A DNA stretch of 64,000 bases. It comes from the human T2T-CHM13v2.0 reference genome, Homo sapiens. The position numbers and the translations under genes were made by a program. The DNA is taken from the NCBI RefSeq assembly GCF_009914755.1, contig NC_060928.1, one strand, 5' to 3'. Position 1 is the first letter of the stretch. Each line of letters begins with the position of its first letter. This document shows positions 1-17,046 of this stretch, piece after piece. The notes under the pieces were generated by a model. The model saw nothing but the letters and a program-made list of their open reading frames with translations, ran no database searches and was not told where the DNA came from.

Positions 1-1955
1 TGTGTGTACAGTTTAACAACTAATTACAAAGACATACAGTGATGTAATTTGTCACCACAGCTTTGTTTAGAACTTAAGATTAATTACTTTAATGGTTTGG
101 TCTCTGGTAGTCAAACTTGGATGTGTGTTAGGTGATGTAAGTAGCAGTTACATATGGATGAAAAATATTCTTCATTTTCGCAGAGAAATGTGCACTTGAC
201 TTTATGAGAATAAACATAGTTAATGATAAAATAATACTTTCTTTTTATTATTTTTATTGTGTGTATATCTTTAACATTTCATATACTCACAGTGATTTGG
301 GGAAGGATTTAGGTCTTTGTGCATTTACTAGCCATTATTGGACCATAGTGTCATTGAACAGAGCACCAGACACATGATTATCTGCAGCGGAGTCTAACTA
401 TAGTCATACATTGTGTGTAAAGGACAGAAGCCCACACAGTATTTTAATGCCATTTACAGTATTTTCTTCTTTTTAGTACTTTGCAAATGTTTTAATAAAA
501 AAAAGTTAAATAATTAACTGTTGCTGAATATTTTAAATATCTGTGCAAGAAACCATCAAAGGATAATATAGAATTTTGGAACTAGCAACTTTGGGAGCTG
601 TTAAAAACCCTAAGTCTAAAGGGCAAGAAAAGGGAGTAGATATCAAATCCAAGTTCTTGGTGGTAATGTCCACAATGGGTTGCCACAGCTTTCTATTAAC
701 TAATATTGAACACGATAGCACTAAGAAGCATTCAGTGAGTCTTCTGGATTGAAAATAGTGTTCTGTGTTCATTGTGTGGCAACATCCTGACATTCTTGTT
801 AATTTCTTTTTTGGCCCATCAGTTCAGGAAGAGAAGAAAGGACAGGTTCAGCTTCCAGTTTCACAGAATAGTGCATTTACTTCCTGAACAATGCATTTCT
901 TCTTGAGACAACAGGACCTTGGAACCTACTAAATCCTAAGGTCTTGGAGACTGGAAAAAATATTACTACAACATCTATTGCTGGTAATATCATAAGGGGC
1001 TACTTCTACTTCTTAGTTCCAGACTTATGCATTCTACTTATGGAGGTGATAACACCCTACACTGACCTACTTCTTTTGGACAAGAAGGGCATTTTTTATG
1101 ATAGAAGATGTCATATTTTAGCTTTTAGTTAATCTATCTACCAATATAAAGTTAATTGCTTTAAGTGATGGGCATACTGTAGTATGTGTTTTCAAAATAT
1201 TACAAAAGATGATTCATCCTGTTTGTGACTATTTACTACGATGGCCTTGTGTAGGATAAATTTTAGGTGCAAAATTTTTTGGCCTTAAACTCAATTAATA
1301 ATTTATATCAATACCCATGTGAAATTAGCTATACTGATAAATGCATGGCCTCTTCTCAATTGAAAGTTCAGAATATGGCAAAGAAACATTTAAGAAAAAT
1401 GACGGAACTCTAATCATGTAACCCAGTTTATTTTTTTTGAACCAAAGAATGTGAGAAGTAACAACAATCCCCAGTACCTGGCTAGTAAAAAACCCTAACT
1501 TGCCACATCATCATCAAGGTATTTCTTATCGAGTATTCCATGTGCTCAGCTCCCTGTGTCCCTCCAAGGAATATCACTGGGCAGAGGACACCTGCTGTCA
1601 GTCAAGGCAGACAGAAAAGTTTGGAGATTTAAAACTCTTATTATCCAGTCCAATCTTTTTTGTTTATATAGCTATGTAGCTTTTTGAGGAAAAACATGTT
1701 TAACCTGTAGGTATTTAGTATGTGGCTTTATGCTACATTTCAGTGAATTGAGATTTTGCTGCAACCTGAGTAGAATTAAAATTGAAACAAGTTCAAAGTT
1801 CAAATGTAGTACATATGTTAACATCAATGAGTATGTTTACATACCTCTCATTTTGCAAAATGTATTCTTTCTTTAGAGGTAATGTGTGGCATATCATCAC
1901 AATGAAAAAGACATTCACGAAGTTCAGGAAAAGTGATACTGTAAGAAAAATTGAG

Positions 1956-2779
1956 TGTTGGTGTAATATTGTAAAACATGTATTTGGTCTTCCACCCACT
2001 TTTCCAGCATAAAACTACTAAAATCAGTAGAATCTCCAAAATTATGTGTTTTTGTAAGCTAACTAATTGACTGATGGCTGGCAATTCCTATGTAACTTTG
2101 AAATGAAGGACAGTCATTGGAAAGACCCAAGCAGGAGTAGAGAGTTGCGACTTTCATCTCCATCCCCCAACCTCCGGGGAGGATAGAGAAATTAAAGTTT
2201 AGGTTGATCGCCAATGGCCAATGTTTTAATCAATCACGCGTACATAATGAAGGCTTAAAAAAAAAAAACCTCAAAAGGACAGCATTCATAGAGTTTCCAG
2301 ATACCTAAACCCACGGAGGTTCCTGGAGAATGACACATCTCAGGAGAGCACACAAGCTACACACCCCTTCCACTGTACCTGTATCACATGTAATAATTTT
2401 TATAATAAACTGATAAATGTATTTCACTGAATTCTGTGAAATGCAATAGCAAATTGATCAAAACCAAGGAAGGAGTTGGGGGCATGCTGATTTGTAGCTA
2501 GTTGGTCAAAGCATAGGTAAAACATACTGGGGCTACTAATTGGCATTGAGGAGTGTCTTGTTTGTCTGAGCCCCTAAACTGTGGAATCTGATGCTATCTC
2601 CCTAGCATTGTCAGAATTGAGTTGGAGGACACCCAGTTGCTGTCTACTGGAGAACTGATTCCTTATTTGATGTGTGGGGAACACCCTTTATACATTAACA
2701 CTTGGTCACAGAAGTCTTCTGTATTGATCATTGTTTAGTAAGTGAATAGAAACACTTTGAGATTAGCTTTTTGCACACA
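1956..2779 (+). mobile_element. MER21-family LTR (solo), inserted into an older ERV pol relic
   Basis: Resembles recalled MER21 consensus (GCCAATGGCCAATG..TTAATCAATCA, AATAAA at ~2404, GTCAGAATTGAGTTGGAGGACACCCAG, TTGGTCACAGAAGT). Ends approximate. Confidence 0.65.
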
Positions 2780-2780
2780 G

Positions 2781-3920
2781 TACAGACACACTGTACAGCC
2801 ATCATGTCCAGGAGTTGGCAGAGATATTACCTCAATTAAAATACCATGTCGCATATCATTCTCAGAGTAATGGTTTAGTACATAATTTAAAGTTAAAACA
2901 TTTGCTTTCTATTATGGTTGGAATGTGTGCTTGCCCTCCAAAATTTATGCTGAAGTGTAAGCTGCAACACAAGAGTATTAAGAGATGGAGCCCTTAGGAG
3001 ATAATTAGGCCATGGAGGTTTTACACTCATAAATAGAGTAGTGTTTTATATAAAAGCTTGAAGGTGAGTTTGTCCCATAAGTCTCTCCTACCATCTGAGG
3101 AGAAAGGGACAAGGCCCTATCTTGGAAGCGAGAGGAGCCCTCACTAGACACTGGACCTGCTTGGTCCTTGATCTTAGACCCCTAACCTCCACAACTGTGA
3201 AAAGAAAATATTCATCCTTTATTAATTACCCAGCTTCAGGTATTTTGTAAAGCAGCATAAATGATATAAGATACTATCTAAATCAGAAGGATATACAGAC
3301 ATGAAGGATGGGCCTACATGCCTTCATAAGTGTGTGCTCAACTCAACATGAAGGGGGATTCCTACTAACAAAGGATGTCTACTCCATACATACCCCTACT
3401 TTTCTGGAGTCTCTGGGAAAGAGGGAATGAGGAGGATTCTGGTGCAACTATACATTTCTCCCTCAGATGATCTCAACTTTTTTTTTCCTGCACTTCTCAC
3501 AGTGGTCGCAAGACCAGGGATGCAAGTGTTCATGCCACAAGCAAGGATAATCCCTAAGCCAGAATTTGCAACTATAACTTTAAACCTTTGCGTCAGAATT
3601 TTTAAGGACCTTATAAAGTTGACTGTGCATTCACCGTATCTGGCAAGGTTCTAACTAACAGTAAATACTACTATGTTGAATTGTGGTCAGGATAGCCCAT
3701 TAGTTCTGTATTTATATAACCATATACTATATAAATGGTAGACTGGAAGGAAAGAACTTTCTAGACTAAGATTGCTGCCAGCAATCAGGGCTAGCCCAGT
3801 GGGTGGACCTCACAACACTTCTGGTGGTAGAAAATTTGGGGTAAAAATAAGTTACAGATGGAGGGAAAGAGAAATCATCGCCTAAGTTAAAGGAATGAAT
3901 AAGTGTGTTATCCAATGAAG
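2781..3920 (+). mobile_element. Ancient ERV internal relic: integrase core, then dUTPase-like segment, then IN C-terminal-like motif (ERV-L/class III-like order)
   Basis: ORF 2815-2997 has YHVAYHSQSNGLV (integrase HxxYHPQSxGxVER-like). 3500-3790 translates to a decayed dUTPase-like stretch (IIPKPEFATITLNL..LARF*LTV..LVLYLYN..LLPA). 3830-3915 gives GRKFGVK..REIIA*VKGMNKCV, like ERV-L KVWV..EV/IIAEGKG. Confidence 0.45.
2910..3273 (+). mobile_element. MaLR solo LTR (MSTC/MSTD/MLT1A-like)
   Basis: TATTATGGTTGGAATGTG...CAGGTATTTTGTAAAGCAGCA..TAAGATA; 5-bp TSD CTTTC (2905-2909) / CTATC (3274-3278). Confidence 0.7.
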
Positions 3921-6900
3921 GTAATCCAACAATATATTATTATCTGCAGAAAGGCTCAGAGCAAGAGCATAATATGATCTCTTAGCACAATTATACTAGA
4001 TGTCTGGAATTGTGAAGCTATATGTTTGCCAAGATCAGCTGCACTTTTGGAACCTGACAAAGTCAAACAGCAGCCTGTAAAATTGCATGACATTAATCTG
4101 GGAGACACTCTGGTTGTACCATATGTTAATGAACAGGATCAACTGTTAATAACTAAAAGGAACTCTAGTAAATAGCCAGTTTTTTGACTCCTATTTTTCA
4201 GGCTCTCTCTGCTAAAGAAGATATCATTTTTTTTGTTTATTTCCTGGAAGAAAATGTAGGGACTTGCTGTCTACTAGAATTTTAAATGGTGTTTTTTTAT
4301 GACTCTCGGAAGACAGATCACTGCATAACTGTACATTTGGATCACAAAATGCTTAGAAGCTTTATAATGGACAGTGACAGCCCACCCAGCAAGGCACAGT
4401 GCACTAATCACAAACATATCACCTTTGATTTATGGATAGAAAGTTATCCACAAATGTGAGTTTAAAAACCAATGGGTTTCTGGCAGAATTAAGCAGTGGA
4501 CATTTTATGCTGAATCTGAGTTCCCCTGGGAAACAGCTCCACCCTAAAATAAGGAAGGATATGGGAGGCCTTTTGGCATACAAATGAAATTACATTTTTC
4601 TATGACTACCCCTTATCTATACTTATTATGGGGCATCTAACATTTTGGGGTGCAAAACATGTATTCTAACTTTACTCAGGTTATTAATATATAGAGGAAA
4701 CAATGTGCTTGGTGGATTGACCAATACTGGTTCATGAAATGGAAAAGTGTCTTAGGAGAGATGAGTGCCATCTTATCTATCCTGGGAATGCCTGAATTTG
4801 TTTTTAGTGAGGAGCAGCATTCAGGGAAAATATAATTATAGGAAATTTTCTTCCAGGAAATAAACCAAAAATGAGAGTCAGGCTGGAAAGTTAGTGAGGC
4901 TTTAGCGAACTGTGTCAGGCAGTCTAAGCAATATTGGATAATGCTAGAGCCCAGCCCCTGGAAAGATCCTGTGGGTCACTCTAGTAAATTATTCACCCTG
5001 AGAATGGGGTCATAATTTGTAGCCAAGCCAGACAGTAGTTAATGGATAGCCTGGAGACTCACTACTTGCAACTGGCGTCTGGAAAGAAGAGCAGTGAGAT
5101 TAAGCCCTTTACTTGTGGAATCTCATGCTATTGTCATGTATCTAGCGGCTTACTTGAATTAAATTGTGGGAAAAACGGTTGTTGTCAGCTGAGAATTAAA
5201 TTGAACCATTGTGAAGGTAAAACATCCACATATTGGTGGCTGGAAGTTCTGTGTTGTGAGTGAATATATAGAAAATCAGTTTTTTTCCCCTAATCATTTT
5301 CTAATATAGGGGTTTATAGGTATAAGTTTTCCTCTGAGCCTTGCTTTCACTGAATCTCCAAAGTTTTGACATGTTGTGTTTTTATTGATTTTAAAGTATT
5401 TTATAATTACCTTTGCGATTTCTTTTCTGACTTATTGGTTGTTAACATTAACAGAATAAAAACTCTACTGCTATATAGTTCCATCACTCTTCTTTTTCTG
5501 TTACTGAGGTGACAAATTATATCTATATATTGTGTGCTTAATAACATGGATTACTAATTGTCTTTTAAGCAATTGTCTTCTAAATTATAAAAAAAATAAA
5601 AAGTAGAATCACAACCAAAATTACAAAAATATTATATTTTATAATTGTTATGAATTTACCTTCACTACACATCTTTATTCCTTTACATGTGTTCACATTG
5701 CTGCCCAGCACCCTTCTATTTAGAACTAAAATATTTTCTTTAGCATATTTTGCAGGGCCGGTATGGTAATAGTAAATTTTCTCTGCATTTTAAAAATCTG
5801 AAAATGTCCTAATTTCTATCTAATTTTTGAAGGACAGTTTTTCTGGATGTACAATTCTTTATTAACCTTTTTTTTCAGTACTTCAATTATGTCAATCCAC
5901 TGCTTTTTGGCTCCAATGTTTCAGATAAGAAATTGGCTGATAATCTTACCAAGAATGACGTATTTATGATGAGTCACTTCTCTGTTTTCCAGTTTCTCTT
6001 ACTGTTTTGACTATGAGCGTCTTGATTATAATGTGTCTTAGTGTGGGTTTTTTTGAGGTAATCCTACTTGGGGTTTGTTGAGCTTCTTGAATTTGTAGAT
6101 TTATGTACTTTATTACTTTTTTTTATTTTCTGTAAGTAGTTTTTCAAATATTCTTTGCATCTTTTCTTTCCTTCTTCTCATTCTCAGACTTCCACAGTGT
6201 ATATTTTGGTTTATTTGATAATACCCTACAATTTTCTTAGGTTCTGTTTATTTCTTTTCCTTTTTTTTAACTGACTCAATAATTTCAATGACTCTTTCTT
6301 CAGGTTTGCCAATTCTTTCTTCTATCTGCTAATATCTGCTTTTGAAATCTTCCAGTAAATTTTTCACTTCCATTATTGTACTTCTCAGCTCCAGAGTTTC
6401 CTTTTGGTTTCCTCTTTAATTTCTTTTTCTTGATTGATATCATTTTGTTCATTCATTGTTTTCTTGTCTTGATCTATTGATTCCTTTAGTTATTTAGACA
6501 CATTTAAGACAGTTATTTTAAAATCATTTGTGTAGCAATTTAAGTGTCTGTGCTTTCTCAGAAATTGTTTTTGTAAGTTTATTTTGTTACTTTGAATGGG
6601 CAGTACTTTCATGTTTCTTTATATACTTCATAATTTCTTTTGAAAACCAGACATTGATTTTTTCATGGACTATGAAATCAGATTATCTTTCTTGTTTAGG
6701 GTATTTTTTTTAATTTTTTAACGATTTCTCCAGCCTCTATACAAAAGACATGTTGTCTGTCAGTTCTGATGTGCTGCCAGATACATATGAAGAAGGATTA
6801 GGAAGCCCAGCATTGACTATCATGAATAATGCTGCACACAACATGGATGTGTCAATATATTTTCAAGATCCTGATTTTAATTATTTTTGGAAAAATACCC

Positions 6901-7620
6901 CGAAGTGACACTGTTGGACAATATGCTAATTCTGTTTTAATTTATTTCAAGAAGCTTCATACTCTTCTCCATAGAGACTTCACCATATTTTATTCCTATA
7001 GATAAGGCACAAGGCTATTTGTCTATATTCTCTTTAACATTCATTATTTTCTGTTTTATGGAAAAGTTACCTTTCTTATGCTCACTTTAGACTTAGTTTT
7101 CCTTTTCTTAGTTCCTTGATGGGTAAAGGTAGGTTGCTTATTTGAGATGTTTCATCATTTGTAATATGGTTATTTTTTGCTATAACGTTTTCTCATACTA
7201 CAAATTTTTGCTGTATGCATAATTTTTGATTCCTTCTTCGCATCCTTTTTTCTATCTTTTATGTGTATTCTTTGTGTTTAGAATGAGGATTACATGAAGC
7301 ATTTTAAAATTATAACAAACTATTTTAAATGAAATGAAAAAACTTTAAAGATTAAAATTTTACTTCAATCACATATAAAACTTTGTCCCTTTACATCACT
7401 CATCCCCACTTAATATTCTTAATATCACTGAAGATATCTTCTTATATTGTTATTAATTTATGTACACTTATAGCTATTTTATGCTTTTGTTTTTTAAGTT
7501 GCATATCAGAACTAAAAGTAATTTATGCACCAACGTTAACTACAGAACTCCATATTTGATTATATATTTTCCTTTACTAGTGAAATATTTATTTTTGTGT
7601 GCTTTTGCTTAGCATACTTT

Positions 7621-7911
7621 TTTTTTTTTGAGATAGAATTTCACTCTTTTTGCCCAGGCTAGAGTGCAATGGTGCAATCTTGGCTCACTGTAACCTCCAC
7701 CTCCCAGGTTGAAGTGATTCTCCTGCCTCAGCATCCCAGGTAGCTGGGATTAAAGGTGCTTGCCACCATGCCCAGCTAATTTTGTATTTTTAGTAGAGAC
7801 AGGATTTCACCACATTGGCCAGGATTGTCTCGAACTCCTGACCTCAGGTGATCTGCCCACCTCAGCCTGTAAAAGTGCTGGGATTACAGGCATGAGACAC
7901 GGCGCCTGACC
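7621..7911 (-). mobile_element. AluS (AluSp/Sq-like), full length
   Basis: Antisense Alu dimer with poly-T tail; TSD TGCTTAGCATACTTT (7606-7620) / TGCCCAGCATACTTT (7912-7926). Confidence 0.95.
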
Positions 7912-8867
7912 TGCCCAGCATACTTTCATTTCAATCTGAAGGACTCCTTTTAATATTTCTTCTAAGTCTAGCGTTGATTATATCCCTCATCATTTTTTTT
8001 TTCTAAATCTGGGAAAGTTTCATTCCTCTATGATTTTTGAAGGACAAATTTGCCAGATGTTATTCTCATTTGAAAAACTTTTTTTTTAATTTCCTTGCAG
8101 CATTTTGAATATATTATCTCACTTACTTTTGGTTTGCATGATTTTTGCTGAGAATCTTGTTGATAATCTTATGGGAGTTTCTTTACATGTGGTAAGTCCC
8201 TTTTTTCTTGCTGCTTTCAAGATTTTCTTTTTGCTTATGACTTCTGAAACATTACCTTGTACATTGTTGCAGACTTCTTTGGATTATTCTCATTTGAACT
8301 TCACTGAGTTCTTGAATTTGTATGCCTATTATGCTCTGCAAAATTGGTAATTCTTTGTTCACTATTTCTCTCAAATATAATCTCTGCCCCAATATTTTAC
8401 TCTTTTTTTACTAGGACTCTTATAATGCTTTATTGGTTAGCTTGATGGTGTATTTTAAGTTGTTTAGGCTGACTTCACTTTTTTATTGTGAATTTTTTCT
8501 TTAAATTTTTGCTCCCCTTCCTGAATAATTTCAAATAACCTATGTTCTTAAGTGTGTATTTTTTTTATCTGTTTGATAAAGTCTTCTTGTGTTCTCCTCT
8601 AGTGAATGCTAAAAGTTCAGTTATTGTATTCTTCAGCTCCAGAATTTTTGCTTGGTTCTTTTTTTATAGAGTTTTACCTTTTCGTTAATGTTTTCATTTT
8701 TATAGGCACTATTTTTATTATTTTATATAGTTGTGTTCTCTCTTTGCTAATTGAGTATTTTAAAATGATAATTATGAATAATTTGACAAATAATTCATAG
8801 ATCTTCATTTCCTTGAGGTTATTTTCTAGAAGTTTATTTTGGTCCCTTCATTGGGCCATGGTTTAGT

Positions 8868-8904
8868 GGTGTGTGTGTTTGTGTGTGTGTGTGTGGGGGG
8901 GGGT
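8868..8904. repeat. (TG)n microsatellite followed by a G run
   Basis: GTGTGTGTGTTTGTGTGTGTGTGTGTGGGGGGGGG seen directly. Confidence 0.85.
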
Positions 8905-10861
8905 GTATGTATGCCTTGCTGCCTTGTGTTCTTTTGCTGCAATTTGGATATTTGAAAAAATAGCTGCATCTCCCATTATTTACTACTTAGCTTGATACAA
9001 AAGACTGTCTTCACCAGTCAGCCCAGCTAGAGATTCTGCAGGTCTCTCAAACCTTTTCTGGGACTGTGTCTTCTCTCAGCTTCTGTATGTAATTACCCAG
9101 ATAAACTTTTTTTTTTTCTATTTCATCTTTAGGAGTTTGTAGTCTTTTGCTCCCTCTGCTGTCATTCTGTGGTAGGGCAGCCTTTTTAACACTGCCACTC
9201 GTGGTTTTGTTCTCAGTAGATCACAGGCATCCAAATTCTGCTAGTTCCTGTGATTTCTTTGAGTTAGGTGTCAGAAACTAGCCCCTTGTGCAGCCCCTCC
9301 AAAAACTAGAACATTAAAACACACTTTACTCTTCTCTTTCTTTCCTGTGGGAGAAGGTATGGCTAGGGAATTTTCTCCTAACTGTGCCATGCTGTACTGG
9401 CTGTACTCTATAGTGAGCCAATTCTGTGAAATTTCTTAGCAATTTCAATGAAGTTCTTCTTGGCTTTGCTCTTGCCTGGGGTGCTGAAATCTTTGAAATT
9501 GTTTCTGGAGTATTTTCATAAAGGCAATTTGGTATATATATATATATATTTGTTAAGTCCATTTCTCTGTGAAGAGGAAAGGAACACGGCTTTCCTATTC
9601 TGCCAACATCAGTCTCCCTCCACCTACACACCACATATCACTTTCAAAGGATATGTACTGACAACAAGGCAATACACTCTTATGTTCTATATTAGGTAAT
9701 GAGACTATAGGCACTTATTTAAGTACTTTATACTATTTTGTCAGTTTGTAATATTTCATGTAATTTAAAAAGACTAGAAGATATGCCAAGAAATTCTTGC
9801 AATTAGAAAAAATAAAAATGGCATAGTTTTGGTGATGACATAATAATCCATTAGGCCATTATTTGATTTTAATTATAATAATTTATATAGAAATTTATAT
9901 TCGTATTAATAAATGGGGTTATAATTTGATTTAAGTGTCTTCAGACCATGCTCAACCTAATGTGAACATGCTCCAAAGGTTTAGTTATAGCTGAGTAGTC
10001 TGGAATTTAAAATTTCTCTTTTTTTATAGAAACATCTTATATAAATGTATGGCTAACTGGCAAGATTCCAAAATACTAATATGTAAGTACTGACTAAGTA
10101 TAAAAACAACAGAGCTGAAATATTAGTAGATAAAATGTATACATAAAATCATTAAATGTATAGTAGTCTTTAAAATCCTTTAGAGGAAATCAGATGAGAA
10201 ATTGATGAAGAAGTAGCAATAAGTAATATGGAAAATCTGCTTGTGGTGTTCAGGTCTATGATCGCAACCATTCTTGTGTAATTTATTTTGTTTCTTACAT
10301 TGAGAAGTTGACTAAAGGCCTATAATGGCAGGGTGTCACAGAGAGTTGAGCCCATTAATATACATTTCAATAATAATACTTGTCCCATGAATCTATTAAG
10401 TATTAAATTAATTTATGATAGTCATATAACATGATTTCTGGTAAATTCACTGTAAGAAATCATATATAATAGTACACTAATGTAGCCTTATTAGAACATT
10501 TGTACATAAAAAAACAAATAATAATGATAATTTAAAACTTATTTCCTTTTGAGGAAAGCAAAACTTGAAGATAAAGCAAAATAGATTTTAAGGAGATAAT
10601 TGCTGCTTATAAATAGAATGGATAAAACACACAGAACAAAATATGAAGTGGAAGAAAAGAGCAAGACACTCATAATGCAAAAATACTTCCCTCCACAAGT
10701 TGTTTATGAAAAGAGATACCACGTATACTCATTCGCGGACTGGTGAATAGGTGACACTGTTGAGATAGATTAAAATAATATGAAAAGAGATTGTGACTAA
10801 ATTCATGTACACCTGACATGGAAACAAGAAGTGCCACCATTTTGTGAAGTATTAACACATT

Positions 10862-10892
<31 letters not shown>

Positions 10893-11827
10893 TAGTTTTC
10901 CACTACTTTGATGGAAACTGTATGTAGATTTGATATACACAGACAGCTTGTATTTAATTTAGATAATAACTAATGGAATGACTGATAATTAATTAAATAT
11001 CAATGAAAATAATAACTTCGTTCACTGTTTATCTAGACCTTAACCTAGTGTTTCCAATGTACTGCACATTGGAATCTGCTGGAGATCTTTATAAAACACA
11101 AAATCTGGCTCTTAATTCCAAAATCTGTTTTCATTGATATTCAAAATGGGCATCATTCTTGTCAAAAGCTCCCAAGACTGTGTCAATACACAGCAAAATT
11201 TGGAACAGCTGCCTTTATTTGATATGCAAAAAACACATATTTTCTATATATATAGGAGAAATGCAAATTTTTCTGCCTTCCCTTCTGATAACATATGAAA
11301 ACATGACCCTTTCATTAAAAATATTCTTTCTCTCGCCTCCTTTCAATGATTCCCATGGGTTTTAGAACTCTATCCTTTCAGTTCCCTGTTAAAAAAGCAG
11401 AGTATCCCTGGACAATGTTGTGAGGGCAGCATAGGTGATCAGGAGAAAACATACCAAAGGCCAATGAGATTCTGATTCCAGTTATCTCAAAAGACAATGC
11501 CAAATTGAAGGCCAAGGAAAGTCTTATGAGAAACCATTACTGAGAAGCATAAAGTCTTCTATGCTACAGGTGGTCAGCTTCAGAGACCAAAGGGAGCCTC
11601 ACAGTGTATGCAGGCTCGGCTGTCTGGATGGCCTCCCACCTTCACAGCATCTTAGCCAATCACTGCATTTAATTAAAGAGAATAGACAGCCTTAGAACAA
11701 ATACAAACAGTTCTCTCGAGATTACAATAAAATGACAAGCATCATAGTACAAATCAGTATTAATTATTAAAAAAATTTTAAAGACATACCATATAAATTA
11801 TTGTGCATTCTAAATATATACACATAA

Positions 11828-12123
<296 letters not shown>

Positions 12124-12352
12124 TTTATATACACATCATGGCAATAATACTTAATTTTTCCTTTATATACTTGTTTTAAAACTGCAATTAATTTATAAAT
12201 ATACCCTTTTAAAATTTGTAAGGATTTCAAAAATTTTAGTAAGGCAATTGAGATCATTTATATCTTTAACAAATCAAGCACAAAAATTAAAACTTCAACT
12301 AGATATGCCACTAAGAATGTGAGAGATTGAACAGAATAAAAAATGTAATAGA

Positions 12353-13255
12353 CAGGCATACCTCATTTTACTGTTCTTTGCTTTTATTGAGCTTTGCAGT
12401 TATTGTTTTTAAAAAAATTTGAAGGTTTCTGACAACCCTGCATCCAGCAAGATTTTTTGTGTTATTTTTTCAGTATGTGTTTTCTTTGTGTTTTTGTGTC
12501 ATATTTGGGTAATTTTCACAACATTTTAACTTTATTTATTATTATTATATCTCTGATGACAATCTGCAATCAATGATTTCTGATGTTACTATTATAATTT
12601 GGCAGAGGGCTGGGGGGTACCACAATCCACGCCCATATAAGACTGCAAACATAATTGGTAAGTGTGTATATTCTGACTGTTCCACCAAATGGCCATTCTC
12701 ATCTTTTTTCCCCTCTCCTTGGGCCTTCCTATTTTTTGAGACATAACAATACGATATTAGACCAATTAATAACTCTGCAATGGCCTTTACTTCTCCAAGT
12801 GAAAGGAAGAGTTGCACATCACTCACATAAAATCAAAAGCTAGAAATGAAACTTAGTAAGGAGGGCAGGTCAAAACCTGGATAGGCAGAAAGCTAGACTG
12901 CTTGCCAGTTAGCCAAGTTACAAATGCAAAAGAAAAAAAATTTAAAGCAATTAACAGTGCTATTCCAGTGAACACATAAAAGATAGGAAAGGGAAATAGG
13001 CGTATTGCTGATACGAAGAAAATTTTAGTGGTCTGGATAGAAGATCAAATTATTCTCAACATTCCCTGAAACCAAAGCCTAATCCAAAGCAAGGCCCTAA
13101 CTCTCTTTAATTCTATGAAGGCTGAGAGATGAGGATTCTGCAGATCAAAAGTTTGACACTAGTAGAGGTTGATTCATGAGTTTAAGAAGCCATCTTCATA
13201 AAATAAGGGTGTAAGGTGAAGCAGCAAGTATTGATAAAGAAATTGCAAGTTATTA
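12353..13255 (+). mobile_element. Tigger1 DNA transposon, 5' ~900 bp (left TIR and decayed transposase N-terminus)
   Basis: Starts CAGGCATACCTC (Tigger1 TIR); 12800-12900 encodes decayed SERKS.TSLT.NQKLEM..S.EG (Tigger/CENP-B HTH). Confidence 0.85.
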
Positions 13256-13922
13256 GAACAAAGGGGCTACAGGCCCCAGGCAACTCCAAAACCCAGCAGG
13301 ACACTCATTAAATCTTAAAGCTTCAAAATAGTTTCCTTTGACTCCATGTCTCCCATCCAGGGCACATGGATGCAATGGGAGGGCTCTCAAGGCTTTGGGC
13401 AGCTCTGGCCCTGTGGATCTGCCTGTCTTTTTCTCATCTTCCTGTCTTTTTCTGAGCCCTCCAAACTGTTCCAACCTCTGCCCATTACCCAGCTCCAAAG
13501 TTGCTTCCACATTTTCAGGTATCTTAATACCAACGCCCCACCTCTCTAGTTTCCTGTATTCGTTTGTTGTCACATTGTTCTCACATCTTCTGTATTACTT
13601 TGTTCTCACATTGTTCTCACATCTTCTGTATTACTTTGTTCTCACATTTGTTCCATATTGCTGTAAAGAACTACCTGAGACTGGGTAATTTATGAAGAAA
13701 AGAGGTTTAAATTACTCACAGTTTCCCAGGTTTTATAGGTGCCATGGCTGAGGAGGCCTCAGAAAACTTATAATTCTGAGAAGGTGAATGGGAAGCCAAT
13801 ATGTCCTACCTGACCAGAATAGGAGGAAGGTGGAGGGGAGCTGCTACACACTTTTAAACAACCAGATCTTCTGAAAACTCCATGACAAGACAGCACTTGG
13901 GGGGTTGTCCTAAACCATTAGA
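13256..13922 (-). mobile_element. MST internal fragment (internally deleted) plus truncated MSTA-like LTR
   Basis: CAAAGGGGCTACAGGCCCC...TCTGAGCCCTCCAAACTGTTCCAACC (MaLR internal), then AAAGAACTACCTGAGACTGGGTAATTTATGAAGAAAAGAGG (MST LTR). Confidence 0.75.
13555..13655. repeat. 36-bp tandem repeat (~2.8 copies) at the MST LTR terminus
   Basis: Unit TGTATTACTTTGTTCTCACATTGTTCTCACATCTTC starting at 13555, 13591 and 13627. Confidence 0.9.
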
Positions 13923-14187
13923 CGTAGAATGCCCTCAAACTTCTCCATTTTACACAAACACTTGCAAATGGAAGCCCCATGAAGCCAAAAAATTGCCCCA
14001 ATAGAGTTTTTCTCCTTGTCTTTCCTCATTCTTAAATTTTTTTCCCACTTTTTGTTCTTAAAAGGAGGAACCAAGCTGTGGCCTAGGGTTTTTTGTGTGG
14101 TGCATCAGTGTGTGATGATTGTAAGTGAGACCCCACATGTTTTAATGTTGAGTTGTTTCTGCCTTCTTACATGTATTAGTGAATCTT

Positions 14188-17045
<2,858 letters not shown>

Positions 17046-17046
17046 G

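Larger units (their letters stand above)
5300..9620 (-). mobile_element. Old L1M fragments (ORF1/ORF2-derived, highly diverged, probably several pieces)
   Basis: Long T-rich antisense L1-like motifs (TTTTTGAAGGACAGTTTT, GAGAAATTGGCTGATAATCT, TTCAGCTCCAGAATTT), several occurring twice. Boundaries approximate. Confidence 0.6.

Noticed and set aside
10872-10895. T22 followed by AG, as a splice acceptor or retrocopy tail
   Set aside because: No recognisable exon, donor, retrocopy body or TSD nearby; treated as a simple mononucleotide run.
11440-11700. GC-richer unique segment with a CCAAT box and a minus-strand TTG|GTATGT donor, possibly a non-coding first exon
   Set aside because: Motifs are too short to support a call without expression or homology data.
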